From: Kofleriaceae bacterium
GTDB lineage: Bacteria > Myxococcota_A > Polyangia > Haliangiales > Haliangiaceae
Direction: 5' to 3'
Length of the DNA: 25,996 nucleotides
NCBI GenBank assembly: GCA_046597055.1
Contig: JBKJLC010000022.1
Location: 1 to 25,996, forward strand
Part shown: one piece after another, positions 22,024-25,996 of the stretch
How the letters are laid out: every line of letters begins with the position of its first letter
How positions within the stretch are numbered: the first letter of the stretch is position 1
The notes under the pieces: model-generated
What the model saw: the letters and a program-made list of their open reading frames with translations, nothing else
Databases searched by the model: none
Told to the model about the DNA's origin: nothing
Translations under genes and position numbers: made by a program

Positions 22024-22865
22024 TGAGCGGGGCCGACTACCAGGTGACCCTCGACGTGTTCGAGGGGCCGCTCGATCTGCTGCTGCACCTCGTGAAGAAG
22101 CACGAGCTGGCGATCCTCGACATCCCGATCTCGTTCGTCACCACGAAGTACCTCGAGTACCTCGACGCGATGACCCAGCTCGACATCGACGTCGCCGGCG
22201 AGTACCTGGTGATGGCGGCGACGCTCTGCCACATCAAGTCGCGCGAGCTCCTGCCCAACCTCGAGCCCGAGCTGGTGGGCGACGAGGGCGAGGACGCCGA
22301 GGCCGAGCTCGAGCTCGATCCGCGGGCCGACCTGATCCGCCGCCTGCTCGAGTACCAGAAGTACCGCGAGGCCGCTGACAAGCTCGGCGACCGGCCGGTG
22401 GTCGGGCGCAACGTGTGGGGCCGCGGCGTGCCGATCGAAGAGGCGGTCCCCGAGGAGATCGACCCCGGCGCGATCGCGCCGCTGGCGCAGTTCCCGGTCC
22501 ACAAGCTGATCGAGGCGCTCGACCGGCTGATGCGCGCGGCCAAGGTGAAGATCACGCACAACGTGCTGATCGACCGGCTGTCGGTGAGCCAGCGCATCGG
22601 CGAGCTCACCGACCGGCTCGAGGAAGAAGGCTCGTTCACCTTCACCTCGATGTTCCGCTTCGCGCGGCCCGGCGTCGAGATGACCGCGGCCGAGATCCGC
22701 CACGAGGCGGTGGTGACCCTGCTCGCCATCCTCGAGATGGCCAAGCTGCGGCTGATCGCGATCCGTCAGGACGACGGCGACGACGAGATCATGATCGCGC
22801 GGGCGACCGACGATCTGCGGGCCGGGGTCGCGCGCGGGGTGGCCGGCGGCGACGAGTATCGGTGA
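22023..22865 (+). CDS. scpA: Segregation and condensation protein A (kleisin)
   Basis: [63 protein letters not shown] coupling. Confidence 0.95.
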   Translation: MSGADYQVTLDVFEGPLDLLLHLVKKHELAILDIPISFVTTKYLEYLDAMTQLDIDVAGEYLVMAATLCHIKSRELLPNLEPELVGDEGEDAEAELELDPRADLIRRLLEYQKYREAADKLGDRPVVGRNVWGRGVPIEEAVPEEIDPGAIAPLAQFPVHKLIEALDRLMRAAKVKITHNVLIDRLSVSQRIGELTDRLEEEGSFTFTSMFRFARPGVEMTAAEIRHEAVVTLLAILEMAKLRLIAIRQDDGDDEIMIARATDDLRAGVARGVAGGDEYR

Positions 22866-22924
22866 CGGAACCGGTTCCCCTGGCTAGCCGGGTGCGCTAA
22901 AAGCCAGAGGCTACCGTGACCGGA

Positions 22925-24582
22925 ATGCGCAAAAAGCGGAAGGCTCGTGGCCGTGCCGAGCGTGCTGCCCTCGAAGAGGTAGCGGTTCAGGCCGGCGTCG
23001 AGGTCTCGGACGAGCCTGGCGACGAGCCGGGCAGCGAGTCCGCGCCTGCCGCCGGGGGCGCCGAGGGCGACGAGCTCGCGGTCTCCGCCTCGGGGACCTG
23101 GTCGGTCGACGATACCGACGTGCTGGAGGAAGACGCGGCGACCGCCTCGCGGCTGCACGCGATGGCCGCCGAGGCGCCGGCGTTCGCCGACGAGGTCGTG
23201 GGCACGGCGGCGGGGGACCCGGACCTCGACGCCGCTGACGGCTCGGTGGGCGCTGCGGCCAATCATGCAACGGGCGATGAGGCTGTGGCCGACGAGGCCG
23301 CGCGCGACGAGGCGGCGGCAGATGCCGATGCTGACGGCAACGGCGCGGCCGCCACCACCGCGGATGGTCCGGTGGTCGAGAGGAGCGCGGATCCCGACGG
23401 CTCCGACGAGCTGGCCGAGGACCTCGATGCGGTCGACGGCGACCCGGTCGGCGAAGACGCACTCGCGCCGATCACGCTCAAGGCGGCCCAGCTCGACGAG
23501 GCGCGCTTCACGTCGCTGGTCGAGGCGCTCCTGTTCGCGTCCGACAAGCCGCTCACGGTCCAGCGCCTGCGCCAGCTGACCCGGGTCAGCGACACCGCGC
23601 GCATCCAGGCGGCGCTCGATCGGCTCACCCAGCAGCACGCCGATCGCGGCATCGTGGTGTCGTCGATCGGCGGCGGCTACTCGTTCCGCACCCACTCGTC
23701 CTTCTCGCCGTGGGTGCAGCAGCTCATCCAGGGTCGCCCGGTGCGCCTCTCGCGCGCCCAGCTCGAGACCCTCGCGATCGTGGCCTACCGCCAGCCCATC
23801 ACCCGGCCGGAGATCGACCAGATCCGTGGCGTCGACTCGGGCGCGACCCTCAAGCTCCTGCTCGATCGCGAGCTGATCCGCATCCTCGGCAAGCGCGAGG
23901 AGGTCGGCCGGCCGCTGCTCTACGGCACCACCAAGGAGTTCCTCGACTTCTTCAGCCTGAACGACCTCCGCGAGCTGCCGACCCTGCGCGAGTACAGCGA
24001 GCTGTCTGACGAGAGCCGGAGCGTCGTCGAGAAGCTCGGCATGACCCCGCCGCCGCCCCCGGTCGCGTCGTCCGCCGCCGCCGACCCCGAGCCCCAGCCG
24101 ACCGACGCCGTTGCTGCCGATGCGGATGCCGATGCCGATGCCGATGCCGATGCCGATGCCGGTGCGGCTGCCGATGCCGATGCTGATGCCGATGCCGGCG
24201 CGGCTGCTGATGCCGATGCCGGTGCGGCTGCTGATGCCGATGCCGGCGCGGCTGCCGATGCCGATGCGGGTCCTGACGCAGCTGCCGATGCTGAGACGGC
24301 TGCCGACGCGGATCCTGATGTGGCCGCCGCCGGTCTAGCCGCCCCCGCCGATCTCGACGCGTCTCCCGACGCCAACGCCGCGGACGCGGACCGGGACGCC
24401 GACACGACCGCGCTCCCCGAGCCCGACGCGGATGCCGACGCCGACGCCGATGCGCCCCTGCAGCCCGAGCCGGATTCGCCCCCCGCGCCCGGCCGTGTTC
24501 GCGGCTCTGACACGGACGCCCCGTCCGTGCTCGAGAGCCCTGATCCCGACAGCTTCGACACCACCGGCGACGGAACCCTCGC

Positions 24583-24586
<4 letters not shown>
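22925..24586 (+). CDS. scpB: Segregation and condensation protein B with long acidic N- and C-terminal extensions
   Basis: Core [59 protein letters not shown]; alternative GTG start at 22916. Confidence 0.93.
24113..24292 (+). repeat. Coding tandem repeat (GCCGAT)n with a higher-order ~24-bp unit encoding [12 protein letters not shown]
   Basis: Directly visible within the scpB 3' extension. Confidence 0.9.

Positions 24587-25996
<1,410 letters not shown>

Noticed and set aside
22867..22878. Perfect 12-bp palindrome GGAACCGGTTCC between scpA and scpB
   Set aside because: Single occurrence, no loop or U-tract and no known motif match; insufficient to call.

Overview
Very GC-rich bacterial chromosomal segment. 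Gene order and lipoprotein style suggest Myxococcota/deltaproteobacteria; this is inference. The housekeeping backbone runs fabD-fabG-acpP-fabF-rpiB-nrdR-ribD ... ribE-ribB(A/X)-ribH-nusB-(stand-alone M17/PepA N-domain) ... xerD-site-2 protease-scpA-scpB-rluB-like (the last truncated by the window end). Two accessory blocks interrupt it. The first (~5.8-11.5 kb) splits ribD from ribE and holds an HlyD/ABC-2 efflux operon with TetR, an unknown lipoprotein and a fatty-acid desaturase. The second (~14.96-20.3 kb) encodes only exported proteins: an M23 peptidase, a lipoprotein-lipoprotein-secreted amidohydrolase operon, and an ATPase-less Lon(S16)-type protease lipoprotein. No rRNA, tRNA, CRISPR array or mobile element is evident. 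The most notable observations are the exported Lon-like protease, the secreted amidohydrolase operon, a recurring TANNNT element 6-7 nt before SD-less starts (leaderless-mRNA signature), a degenerate GTP cyclohydrolase II domain, and repeat-built disordered tails on ScpB and the pseudouridine synthase.
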